From NCBI GenBank assembly GCA_964649495.1, contig CAZYPR010000005.1, positions 7,128-71,127 of the forward strand: a DNA stretch of 64,000 nt. Direction: 5' to 3'. Origin of the DNA: an uncultured Clostridia bacterium. GTDB taxonomy: Bacteria; Acidobacteriota; Aminicenantia; JBFLYD01; JBBIMS01. Below, in pieces: positions 1-8,234 of this stretch. Both the position numbers and the translations under genes were made by a program. The notes under the pieces are model-generated. The model made no database searches. It saw only the letters and a program-made list of their open reading frames with translations, and was not told the DNA's origin. The number at the start of each line of letters is the position of its first letter. Positions within the stretch are counted from its first letter, which is position 1.

Positions 1-186
1 GATCAAATCCACAGAGAGTTAATAACCTATATGATGCAGGATCCATCAACAATTGAGAGAGCATTGCATCTTTTAAGAATTGCGAGAAGTCTTGAAAGAA
101 TAGCAGATCTTTCAACAAATCTTTGCGAAGATGTAATATTTATGGTGAAAGGGAAAGTAATAAAGCATCATAAAGAAGAGATTTGA
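1..186 (+). CDS. PhoU-family phosphate transport regulator, C-terminal fragment (the window begins inside the gene)
   Basis: Frame 1 is open from position 1 and ends ...LERIADLSTNLCEDVIFMVKGKVIKHHKEEI, stop at 184-186. This matches the conserved C-terminal RIADhaTNIaEDViY helix of PhoU. Confidence 0.55.
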   Translation, partial: DQIHRELITYMMQDPSTIERALHLLRIARSLERIADLSTNLCEDVIFMVKGKVIKHHKEEI

Positions 187-291
187 CAGCTTACTTGTCT
201 TTCCAAACCTGTTTTTATTCCTCGTCTCGCCAATCTTTATTTGACAAAGAAGATCTCTTGTTTTAAATTTTAAACTGATGGGAGGAAAAAA

Positions 292-813
292 ATGAAAGAA
301 GCGATTCTTGTAATAGATATGTTAAATGACTTTGTAAAGGAAGGAGCCCCGCTCGAGGTCCCTGATACAAGGAAAATAATTCCTTTTATAAAAGAAAAAC
401 TTGAAAACGCAAGAAAGAATGGAATCCCTGTAATCTATGTATGCGATGCCCATGAGCCTGATGACCCTGAATTCAGAAGATTTGGATGGCCGCCCCATGC
501 AGTAAAAGGAACAAAAGGAGCTGAGATTGTCGATGAACTAAAACCAGAGGAGGGGGACACTGTAGTAGAAAAGAAGACCTATTCTGGCTTTTATAACACA
601 AATCTTGATGAAGTTCTAAAGAGTCTTGGTGTGGATACACTGAAGTTAACAGGTTGCGTCACCCATATATGTATTCTTTTTACTGCTTCAGATGCATCTT
701 TAAGAGGATATAATGTTGTGATTTTAAAAGATGGAATAGCGGGGCTATCGGTGGAAGATCACGAAGCGGGTTTAAGAATTATGAAAAATGTTATAGGAGC
801 AAAGATTGAATGA
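292..813 (+). CDS. pncA: Isochorismatase-family cysteine hydrolase, likely nicotinamidase (PncA)
   Basis: 173 aa with an isochorismatase-like layout: LVIDMLNDF..., conserved Cys in LTGCVTHICI, and K around the GTKGAEI region. It overlaps by 4 nt with the downstream nicotinate phosphoribosyltransferase gene. GGAGG-like RBS (gggaggaaaaaa) before the ATG. Confidence 0.7.
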   Translation: MKEAILVIDMLNDFVKEGAPLEVPDTRKIIPFIKEKLENARKNGIPVIYVCDAHEPDDPEFRRFGWPPHAVKGTKGAEIVDELKPEEGDTVVEKKTYSGFYNTNLDEVLKSLGVDTLKLTGCVTHICILFTASDASLRGYNVVILKDGIAGLSVEDHEAGLRIMKNVIGAKIE

Positions 814-1979
814 AAAGAAAAAATTTCCATGTAGCAGATCCTGATGAGATAAAAAAAGGAGAGATAACAGATGTTTATTTTTTGAGGGCTAAGAGAATCC
901 TTGAAGAAAAAGGAATAAATCCAGTTGTAAAAGCTGAGGTTATTGCGAAAGAACTTCCAAACAACTGGAAGTGGGGGATTCTTGCAGGTATTGAGGAGCT
1001 TTCCTCTCTTTTAAAGGGAATCCCTGTAAATGTTCGAGCAATGGATGAAGGAACTCTTTTCTATCCAAGTGAGCCAGTTCTTGAAATTGAAGGGAATTAT
1101 CTTGATTTCTGTATCTATGAAACATCCCTTCTCGGTTTCCTCTGCCAGGCATCTGGAATAGCAACAAAGTCTGCAAGATTAAAAAAACTCGCAGGTGATA
1201 AACTTGTTGTAAGTTTTGGAGCAAGGAGAATCCATCCCTTCATAGCTCCAATGGTTGAAAGGAATGCATTCATAGGAGGGTGTGATGGTGTTGCTGTTAT
1301 CAAATCTGCGGAAATTATAGGAGAGGATCCAATGGGCACAATGCCCCATGCCCTCATCTTGATTTTCCGCTCCACATTATCTGCAGTTAAAGCCTTCGAT
1401 GAGATAATAGAGCCTGATGTAAAAAGGGTTGCTCTTATAGATACTCTTCAGGATGAAAAATTTGAAGCAATTGAGGTGGCAGAAGCTATGGGAGAGAAAC
1501 TTTACGCAGTTCGTCTTGATACTCCATCTTCAAGGAGAGGAGATTTCAAAAAAATTATAGAAGAGGTAAAATGGGAGCTCTCCATAAGGGGGAAGGATAA
1601 AATAAAAATCTTTGTCTCAGGTGGGATCGACGAAGAAGATATAATCAATCTGAACGATGTTGTAGATGCATATGGAATAGGAACAGCAATTTCCAATGCT
1701 CCTGTGATAGACTTTTCCCTTGATATTGTGGAGATTGAAGGGGAGCCTTTTTCAAAGAGGGGGAAACTCTCGGGGAGCAAAAGAGTTTTGAAATGTAAGG
1801 ATTGCGGAGAAAGAAAGATTGTTCCCAATAGAGATGGAAAATTTATATGCCAATGTGGTTCAGAAATGGAAGATTTACTAATTCCATTCATTGAAAAAGG
1901 GGATGTAAAGAAAGAATTGCCAACCCCTTCAAAAATAAGAGAATTTGTTCTTGAGCAGTTGAAAAATGTAAGCTTTTAG
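810..1979 (+). CDS. pncB: Nicotinate phosphoribosyltransferase (archaeal/short type) with C-terminal zinc ribbon
   Basis: 389 aa. Layout is NAPRTase family-like (N-terminal domain, TIM-barrel-like core with GARRIHP, GTMPHAL). The C-terminus has CKDCG...CQCG (four Cys). It is translationally coupled to pncA. Confidence 0.7.
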   Translation: MKRKNFHVADPDEIKKGEITDVYFLRAKRILEEKGINPVVKAEVIAKELPNNWKWGILAGIEELSSLLKGIPVNVRAMDEGTLFYPSEPVLEIEGNYLDFCIYETSLLGFLCQASGIATKSARLKKLAGDKLVVSFGARRIHPFIAPMVERNAFIGGCDGVAVIKSAEIIGEDPMGTMPHALILIFRSTLSAVKAFDEIIEPDVKRVALIDTLQDEKFEAIEVAEAMGEKLYAVRLDTPSSRRGDFKKIIEEVKWELSIRGKDKIKIFVSGGIDEEDIINLNDVVDAYGIGTAISNAPVIDFSLDIVEIEGEPFSKRGKLSGSKRVLKCKDCGERKIVPNRDGKFICQCGSEMEDLLIPFIEKGDVKKELPTPSKIREFVLEQLKNVSF

Positions 1980-2243
1980 AGTAATCATTAAAGTAAAATT
2001 AGGGCTTTTCAAAAAATGGTTAGGAAATAAGAGCCTCCTTTAAAGGAAATAAAGGAGTTAAATCTATCCTAATGTTAGAAAAGTTAGGAAGATAAAAAGT
2101 TTGTTGAGCAATATCAATATATTGCAGAGCTGATGAGAAATGATATTATTGGTCATAATGACACTCGATACCATTATGAACGAATTAGGCGAAACAGTGG
2201 CTTTAATACTTTAAAAATATTAAAATAAATATGGTGAATAGAT

Positions 2244-2432
2244 ATGAAAACTAACCATAGAATAATCATCGGTGATTCAAGATGGATGAAGGAAGTTCCA
2301 GATGAATCCGTCCATCTTATCATCACATCACCACCCTATTGGAAAAATGGTCTTGCAGATGCAGATACTGTGATTGATTATGAATATAAGACAAGACTTT
2401 TAGAATATCTTAAAGGAGAAAATTATGACTAA
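2244..2432 (+). pseudogene. N-terminal fragment of a beta-class DNA (N4-C/N6-A) methyltransferase, truncated after 62 aa
   Basis: MKTNHRIIIGDSRWMKEVPDESVHLIITSPPYW carries the motif IV (S/D)PPY preceded by the typical IxGD...lpdeSvdLi segment. The ORF stops at 62 aa, and no FxGxG motif I occurs in any frame through about 2990, so the catalytic C-terminal half is missing. Confidence 0.55.
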
Positions 2433-2685
2433 AGAACAAAAATTCTATAATGCATTAAAAGAAATCTTTGTAGGTGCAAAGGTAGAAGGAGAATCTGGAT
2501 ACATCAATTTGATGAGGATTAAATCAAGATATTATGAAAAAGGTGTATTTCCGAAACTTCAAAAGGATATAGAATCTGCATTAAAGCCGTTTCTAGATTT
2601 TAGAGAAGAGCTTTTTGATATGAACTACATGTTAGAAAATTTTTTTGGAAAAAACTTTTGCCACCAAAAGGAAGACATTGGATGA
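2425..2685 (+). CDS. Hypothetical 86-aa ORF overlapping the end of the methylase fragment (possibly part of the decayed gene)
   Basis: The open frame overlaps the stop of the preceding fragment in another frame. No recognisable motif. Confidence 0.25.
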   Translation: MTKEQKFYNALKEIFVGAKVEGESGYINLMRIKSRYYEKGVFPKLQKDIESALKPFLDFREELFDMNYMLENFFGKNFCHQKEDIG

Positions 2686-2992
2686 TTAGTCAAGAAAAAA
2701 TAGATGAACTTATTAAAAAAGGGAGATTAGAATAAACGAGAACAAAACTTATATAGATTTGCAAGGTAATATAGTTAAGGGCGAACCTGAAATGTTGCAA
2801 GCAGAATTTTCGATTTTAGATTCTAATTGGACTGATATTCAATCATATTTATCAAAATATAAACATATCTGAGATACTTTCAAATCTGCTTGGCAAGTGG
2901 ATAAAGAAGATTACTACTGAATATGTTGAGTTGGAAGATGGAGAGAGGATAAATCTAAAAGAACTGGATTATAAAATCATTAAACCATTAAT

Positions 2993-3352
2993 TTGGTGGT
3001 GAAAATGAAGAATTTAGAGCAATTAAAATTAAAAGATTTTGAGAGAAAGGCATTAAAAGAACTAAAGCAAAAGATAAAAGAGAAATTTCCAGATGCTGAA
3101 ATCATACTTTATGGCTCAAAAGTAAGGGGAGATTTTGATGAAGAATCTGATATTGACTTATTGATTCTTATAGACGGACCAGTAAATAGAGAAGTAGAGG
3201 AAGAGATATCAAAAATTGCTTATGAAATTGAACTTAAGTATGATGTTGTTTTTGGGAAGGTAGTAGAGAGCAAGAATTTCTGGAACTCAAAATTGGCTAA
3301 AGCAATGCCTTTTCATCAAAATGTTGATAAAGAAGGTGTAATATTATTATAA
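2993..3352 (+). CDS. Minimal nucleotidyltransferase (MNT/Pol-beta superfamily; antitoxin-type NTase)
   Basis: hG[GS]x9-13Dh[DE]h motif present as ILYGSKVRGDFDEESDIDLLIL. Size 119 aa. No HEPN (Rx4-6H) partner ORF is evident next to it. Confidence 0.7.
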   Translation: MVVKMKNLEQLKLKDFERKALKELKQKIKEKFPDAEIILYGSKVRGDFDEESDIDLLILIDGPVNREVEEEISKIAYEIELKYDVVFGKVVESKNFWNSKLAKAMPFHQNVDKEGVILL

Positions 3353-3358
3353 AATAGT

Positions 3359-3547
3359 ATGGATAGAGAAAACGCAAAGAAAATAATCAAAATATTACTT
3401 ACCGATGATGGTGGATGTGAATATTGTGTCTCGGATTTGCTTGATTTATTCCCAAAAGAATTTCCAGAATACAAAGAACTTGTGAAACTACTTTTAAAGA
3501 AACATTTGGTAAAAACCTTGACGATTTTATTAATGAGAAGAGTGTAA
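3359..3547 (+). CDS. Hypothetical small protein (62 aa) downstream of the NTase
   Basis: ORF with a short spacer after the NTase. It contains CEYC but has no HEPN Rx4-6H motif, so it is not a recognisable HepT. Confidence 0.3.
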   Translation: MDRENAKKIIKILLTDDGGCEYCVSDLLDLFPKEFPEYKELVKLLLKKHLVKTLTILLMRRV

Positions 3548-3554
3548 GATAACT

Positions 3555-3971
3555 ATGCCAAGAATATTTTTACAGGAAATAATTGAAGATTTAAGATTTG
3601 AAGATTTACCTGTTAATTGGACTTCTTTTGATTTTGAAAGCTTTTCAAAGAGCAAAAAACTTTGGGATTATCAGCAGGATGCATTGAAAAATGCAATAAA
3701 AGTTTTGTGGAAGTATTTTGAGGATTTTGTTGATTATAAAGAAGGTGAAAAGTTAGAACTAAATCAAGAGAGAAAACAAAAGTTCTTTAAATGGTATAAA
3801 GATAACGGATTAGATGAAGATTTAGATATTAATTTAGATAAGAGGAAAAGGAACATCTACAACCTTCTTACAGGATATTATCCTCAAGAAGATGGAAAAA
3901 TCTCTTATAAGCATTTAATCAATCGTATGTGCTTCTGGATGGCAACGGGGAGTGGAAAGAGCCTTGCCTAA
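3555..3971 (+). pseudogene. Truncated N-terminus of an SF2 helicase / restriction (HsdR- or Res-like) ATPase, ending immediately after Walker A
   Basis: A Q-motif-like WDYQQDALKNAI and then MATGSGKSLA (helicase motif I, as in the 'MATGTGKT' of HsdR/ResIII). A stop codon follows directly after the Walker A motif, and no helicase motifs II-VI follow in any frame before the OmpA gene. Confidence 0.5.
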
Positions 3972-4034
3972 CACAGGTTTATATCGTATACTTAAAAATT
4001 ATAATTTAGTTTACAGGACTTACCCTGAAAGGGG

Positions 4035-5012
4035 GTGAGAAAAATGGTTAAAGAGATAGAAAATGTATGGAGGTATACTATGAAAAAGATACTTTTTTAT
4101 AGTATGCTTTTCTTTCTCCTATTTTCTGGTATTACTCCTGCACAGGAAGATTATCCAGGCAGCAAGGACCATCCCATTATCAGTCGCTATCCTGGCTCAC
4201 AGATAGTCCATTATTCACAAAAACAGTTTGATGAGTATTATCTGCTTACAGGGTCTATAAAATCAAGTTCGGACAAAGATATTCAAAATGCCAGAAAGAT
4301 AAGACTTGAAGGAAAAGTTACAAAAATCACCTATGAGGCACCAAAGGATAGGAGCAATTTTGAGGTTTATAAGAACTATGAGCAAGCCCTTGAAAAAGCA
4401 GGTTTTAAGATACTATATAAAGGTAAGGGCAATGAAATAAGGGGGGTTCCCAGTTTTCTTCACAAAATGAACCGCGAGTACACGGGAAGCTGGAGTGACC
4501 CTGATATATACCCCTGGTTTTACCTCTCAGCAAAATCGCTTGATGATAAATACTTTATCTCCCTTTATGTGCATGGCAGTAAGCCTGTAGTTGTCCTTGC
4601 CGTGGTGGAGCCAGAACAAATGCAGACAGGGCTTATTACAGCAAAGATGATGGAAAGACAGATTTCCGAGACAGGCAGGGTTTCAATTTACGGAATATAC
4701 TTTGACTTTGACAGTGCGGAGATAAAACCAGAATCAAAACCAACACTTGATGAGATAGCAAAACTCCTGAAGGAAAGCCCAAAACTCAAACTCTATGGGG
4801 TTGGACATACTGACAATGTTGGAGGACTTGAATATAATATAAATCTATCAAAGAGAAGGGCTATGAATGTGGTGAAGGAACTTGTTGAAAAATACGGCAT
4901 AGAAAAAAGTAGACTTACACCCTTTGGAGTTGGTCCCCTTTCACCTGTAGCCTCAAACAGGACCGAAGAGGGCAGGGCAAAAAATAGACGGGTTGAACTT
5001 GTTGAACAATAA
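4035..5012 (+). CDS. OmpA-family outer-membrane/peptidoglycan-associated protein (signal peptide; likely true start at 4080 MKKILFY)
   Basis: The C-terminal OmpA_C domain reads YFDFDSAEIKPESKPTLDEIAKLL...GHTDNVGGLEYNINLSKRRAMNV...RRVEL. The N-terminal hydrophobic signal is LFYSMLFFLLFSGITPAQ. Confidence 0.8.
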   Translation: MRKMVKEIENVWRYTMKKILFYSMLFFLLFSGITPAQEDYPGSKDHPIISRYPGSQIVHYSQKQFDEYYLLTGSIKSSSDKDIQNARKIRLEGKVTKITYEAPKDRSNFEVYKNYEQALEKAGFKILYKGKGNEIRGVPSFLHKMNREYTGSWSDPDIYPWFYLSAKSLDDKYFISLYVHGSKPVVVLAVVEPEQMQTGLITAKMMERQISETGRVSIYGIYFDFDSAEIKPESKPTLDEIAKLLKESPKLKLYGVGHTDNVGGLEYNINLSKRRAMNVVKELVEKYGIEKSRLTPFGVGPLSPVASNRTEEGRAKNRRVELVEQ

Positions 5013-5165
5013 ATCAAAGGAGGATAATTTATTACAGAAAAGTTGGTCGTGCTCCACTTGAGTGTTAAATTAATAGATGTAACCACGGATTTGATGGATT
5101 AAAACAAACCTCAACGATGATATTATGAAAGATAAAAAGAAATAGCAAAACTGATTTACGATGAG

Positions 5166-5872
5166 TTGAAAAAAGGAAATATTAAATCAACTTTAGCAGT
5201 AATTTCAAAGGAACTTGAGAAGGAGAAAACCGATAAACTCCAATTTACCAAAACACCTTTACTTAACTCAATAGGGCAAGAATTGAGCAATTCTCTGATT
5301 AAAGAGGATTGGAAGTTTGAAAGACTGATGGAAATGTGGAGGGAAGGTAAGAGAGACGTAAGGTTGATTGTAATAAGCGCTTTGGAAAGGATAAGCAGGA
5401 AGGATTATGAAAATACAAAGGAATTTGCTCTTGAGATTCTTGATGAAATATCAGATTGGGAGATTTGCGATCAACTGGCTTTAAGAGTAATTGTAAATTT
5501 AGCAGTTCAAAACCAAAAAGAAATATTCTCTTTGATGCAAGAATGGATAAAATCCAAAAACAAATGGCTCAGGAGATTAGCAGTAGCCACAGTTCCACCA
5601 TATATAAGAGCAAGAAAAACAGAGTCAAAAGCTTGTTTAGAATTTTGTATAGAACAATGAAAGAGGAAGATAAAGATGTTAAGAAAGCAATTGGATGGGC
5701 TTTGAGAGAGATTACAAAGAAAGATTCAAAATCAGTTTCTGAGTTTTTAGAGAGGTGGGCTAAAGTTGAAAATAAAAACACTAAATGGATTATCAAGGAA
5801 GGAATGAAGAAATTATCAAAGGAGCAACAAGAGGAATTAAAATCTTTGATTAATAAAGGAATAAGATTATGA
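5166..5872 (+). pseudogene. DNA alkylation repair protein (AlkD/AlkC HEAT-like family), interrupted by a frameshift near 5610-5660
   Basis: Two overlapping ORFs in different frames (5166..5660 and 5456..5872). The second carries the family's C-terminal signature VKKAIGWALREI...SVSEFLERWAK...TKWII. The first contains the N-terminal HEAT-like repeats. The junction coincides with an A5 run (agaaaaacag). Confidence 0.55.
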
Positions 5873-6198
5873 AACAAATGCTGATCAACCATAAACTTGT
5901 GGCATATTGTGGACTTTACTGTGGGGACTGCTTTTTCTTTAAAAGAGAGATTGCTGATTTAGCCAGAGATTTAAGAAAGAAGTTAAGAGAAGCAAAACTT
6001 AAGCAAACATACAAGGAATTTTCAAATTTTGCAAAGGAATTCAAAGATTTTCCAGTCTGTTATGAAGTTTTAGGTGCGATGGTTAAAATGCGCTGTAAGA
6101 GTTGTAGGAAGGGCGAAGAACCTCCGTTCTGTATTAACAAATATTTTTTATCATTGAAAACCCTAAAAATCATAGTGCCTAAAAAGCTGGGAATTTAG
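5869..6198 (+). CDS. DUF3795-like small Cys-rich protein
   Basis: N-terminal YCGLYCGDCFFF plus a later C...CxxC, typical of the DUF3795 family. The start overlaps the preceding stop by 4 nt. Confidence 0.55.
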   Translation: MKQMLINHKLVAYCGLYCGDCFFFKREIADLARDLRKKLREAKLKQTYKEFSNFAKEFKDFPVCYEVLGAMVKMRCKSCRKGEEPPFCINKYFLSLKTLKIIVPKKLGI

Positions 6199-6202
6199 GA
6201 AT

Positions 6203-7168
6203 TTATTTTTTCTTCTTCAATTGCTCAATTAAATTTTTTATTGTCTCAACCTGAGGGTCATCAGGACTCAGCTCAATAAATTTCTCGAAATATTTAATTG
6301 CCTCTTCATAATTATTTTTGTTTAGATAAGCAAACCCAAGTTTTAGATAAGCAAGTGACCACTCAGGTTTTATTTTTGCCGCAAGGGTATAATATTCGAT
6401 CGCATGTTCAACTTGACCTGCCTGAAAGAAAATTTCAGCAACATTGTAAGCAAGAGCATGGTCAGTGGGATAAATATCAATAGCATTCTTTAAATATTCT
6501 TGTGCCTTTTCATAGTTATTCTGCATCATGTATATCTCTCCAATACTTGCAAGAGCCTTCGCCGCATTCTCATCTCCTTTTAAATCTGCTTTTTCAGACT
6601 TTATTTTTTCGAGAACAGAATTATATTCAGTAATTGCCTTATCATACTCTTTCATCTCTCTGTAGCAATTTCCTATATTAAGCCTAACAGGGTAAAGGGA
6701 AGGATTCTTTTCAAGGAATTCCTGAAACAAAGCAAGTGCACTAGTGTAATTCCCTTGGTCATAAAGATTATTTGCTTCTAAAAAAAGCTCCCTCGATTTT
6801 TCATCAAGTCCTGTGGGTTCTCCAGTTTCCTTGACCGCCTGCAAAGTTATTTTTATTGGAGGATTTTTGAACTGGCTTACCATAATTTCCATTATTGTAT
6901 TGTGAAAACCCTCTTTTGATGCAGTTATTCTGAAAACGCCAGTTCCAAGACCTGCAACTGCCCAGTTACCTTTTTTGTCTGACTTAGTGCTTGTTTTAAA
7001 GTTAAAATCCTTTGCCTCAACAAGAATTTCAACTCCATCTACAGGTTTCCCACTCTCATCAACAACTGTTCCAAAAATTCTTCCCATCCCCCTTCCTTCC
7101 TGAGCGGAAAGAAAAGGGGTAAGAATAATTATTGAACAAAGAGCAAAAATCACTCTTTTCATCTCCAA
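6203..7168 (-). CDS. Secreted TPR-repeat protein with an N-terminal carboxypeptidase-regulatory-like beta domain
   Basis: Signal peptide MKRVIFALCSIIILTPFLSAQ. Multiple 34-aa TPR repeats (AxxYxxLGxxY...A..y..Al.l.P patterns). Confidence 0.7.
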   Translation of the reverse strand: MEMKRVIFALCSIIILTPFLSAQEGRGMGRIFGTVVDESGKPVDGVEILVEAKDFNFKTSTKSDKKGNWAVAGLGTGVFRITASKEGFHNTIMEIMVSQFKNPPIKITLQAVKETGEPTGLDEKSRELFLEANNLYDQGNYTSALALFQEFLEKNPSLYPVRLNIGNCYREMKEYDKAITEYNSVLEKIKSEKADLKGDENAAKALASIGEIYMMQNNYEKAQEYLKNAIDIYPTDHALAYNVAEIFFQAGQVEHAIEYYTLAAKIKPEWSLAYLKLGFAYLNKNNYEEAIKYFEKFIELSPDDPQVETIKNLIEQLKKKK

Positions 7169-7193
7169 CTCCTCTAATTTTTGAATTAAGCTA

Positions 7194-8234
7194 TTATATT
7201 ATCTCAAAATCGACAAATTCCACAAGTTCCTTTTCTGAAATTTTATCCTTTATCTTTATCTCTAACCTGTATTTTCCTGGCTCAAGATTTTTTCCTTCTT
7301 CTTTCTGAAGAGGGATCTGGTGGCTTATAAATGGTAGCTCAAAAGAATAGGGCGCAAATTTAATTACATCCTCATCGCCTTTTTTTACATTGTAAGTTAC
7401 TTCAATATTGAATTTTTTAGGGTCATTGGGATTTAAGGAACAGCCATAAATGAAATAGAATATGTCAGGAATCTCTCCCACTGAAAAGACATTGTCAATT
7501 TTTGGTTCTAATTGAAGAGAGGAGTAAATAAAATAATCTTTGTGCACAACAGGAGGAGTCTCAGGAGAAGGGAGTTCTTTTAAAGATTTTATAAAGAAAA
7601 CAGGAGAGAGGGCAAGACTCTCTTTGAAACCAAGTGGAGCGGGAAGTGTAAAGGGGTAGTTAAATATTCCAATTAATTTAAGGTCAAGGGAAGTAATAGC
7701 CATTGATAGAAGATATTTTCCCTCTGGAATTATTGTGCAAACTGTATATGTTGAAACATCATCAGGCTTTTCACCAGCCTCCCAGTTAAGCTCAACAGGA
7801 ACATACTGTTCTTTGAAAGGAACTGGAGTTTCTCCCTCTAATTTGTAAAACCATAAAAAAATATTGAATTTTGAACTGGAAACTTTACTGAAATCAATCC
7901 CTTTCTTTCTCTCCTTCTCTGAAAAAGGAAGTATCATCAGGTCCTTATTTTTTGCTTTGAAAATAAAGATTATGAAGTTCTGATCCTGAGCGGGAAGATA
8001 GAGGCTTTTTACAATGGAAAAAGGAACATCATTCTTTCCTGTTCCTTTTTTAACCGCTTCTTCCATGACCTGTTTCACCTGCTTTGGTATATAAATCTTC
8101 TCCTTTGGCTTCTCTTTTCCTTCAAGAAAAGATGAAGAAAAAATGAGAGAAAATGAAAAAAGAACCATTAATAGAACTTTTAATAGTTTCATAAATCCTC
8201 CTTCTTGGGCTAAACTCTTTTTATTTAATTTCAT
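7194..8234 (-). CDS. Hypothetical secreted protein (operon partner of the GWxTD protein)
   Basis: N-terminal hydrophobic segment LLKVLLMVLFSFSLIFSSS. No recognisable catalytic motif. Overlaps the upstream GWxTD gene by 14 nt. Confidence 0.45.
   Translation of the reverse strand: MKLNKKSLAQEGGFMKLLKVLLMVLFSFSLIFSSSFLEGKEKPKEKIYIPKQVKQVMEEAVKKGTGKNDVPFSIVKSLYLPAQDQNFIIFIFKAKNKDLMILPFSEKERKKGIDFSKVSSSKFNIFLWFYKLEGETPVPFKEQYVPVELNWEAGEKPDDVSTYTVCTIIPEGKYLLSMAITSLDLKLIGIFNYPFTLPAPLGFKESLALSPVFFIKSLKELPSPETPPVVHKDYFIYSSLQLEPKIDNVFSVGEIPDIFYFIYGCSLNPNDPKKFNIEVTYNVKKGDEDVIKFAPYSFELPFISHQIPLQKEEGKNLEPGKYRLEIKIKDKISEKELVEFVDFEII

Noticed and set aside
940-1891. Minus-strand ORFs 940..1224, 1115..1375 and 1502..1891 inside pncB
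   Set aside because: They lie antisense within a well-supported coding gene, have low-complexity composition and no RBS or motifs. They are shadow ORFs.
3359-3547. The 62-aa ORF after the MNT gene as a HepT/HEPN toxin
   Set aside because: It lacks the Rx4-6H HEPN motif and is too short. It is kept only as a hypothetical small protein.
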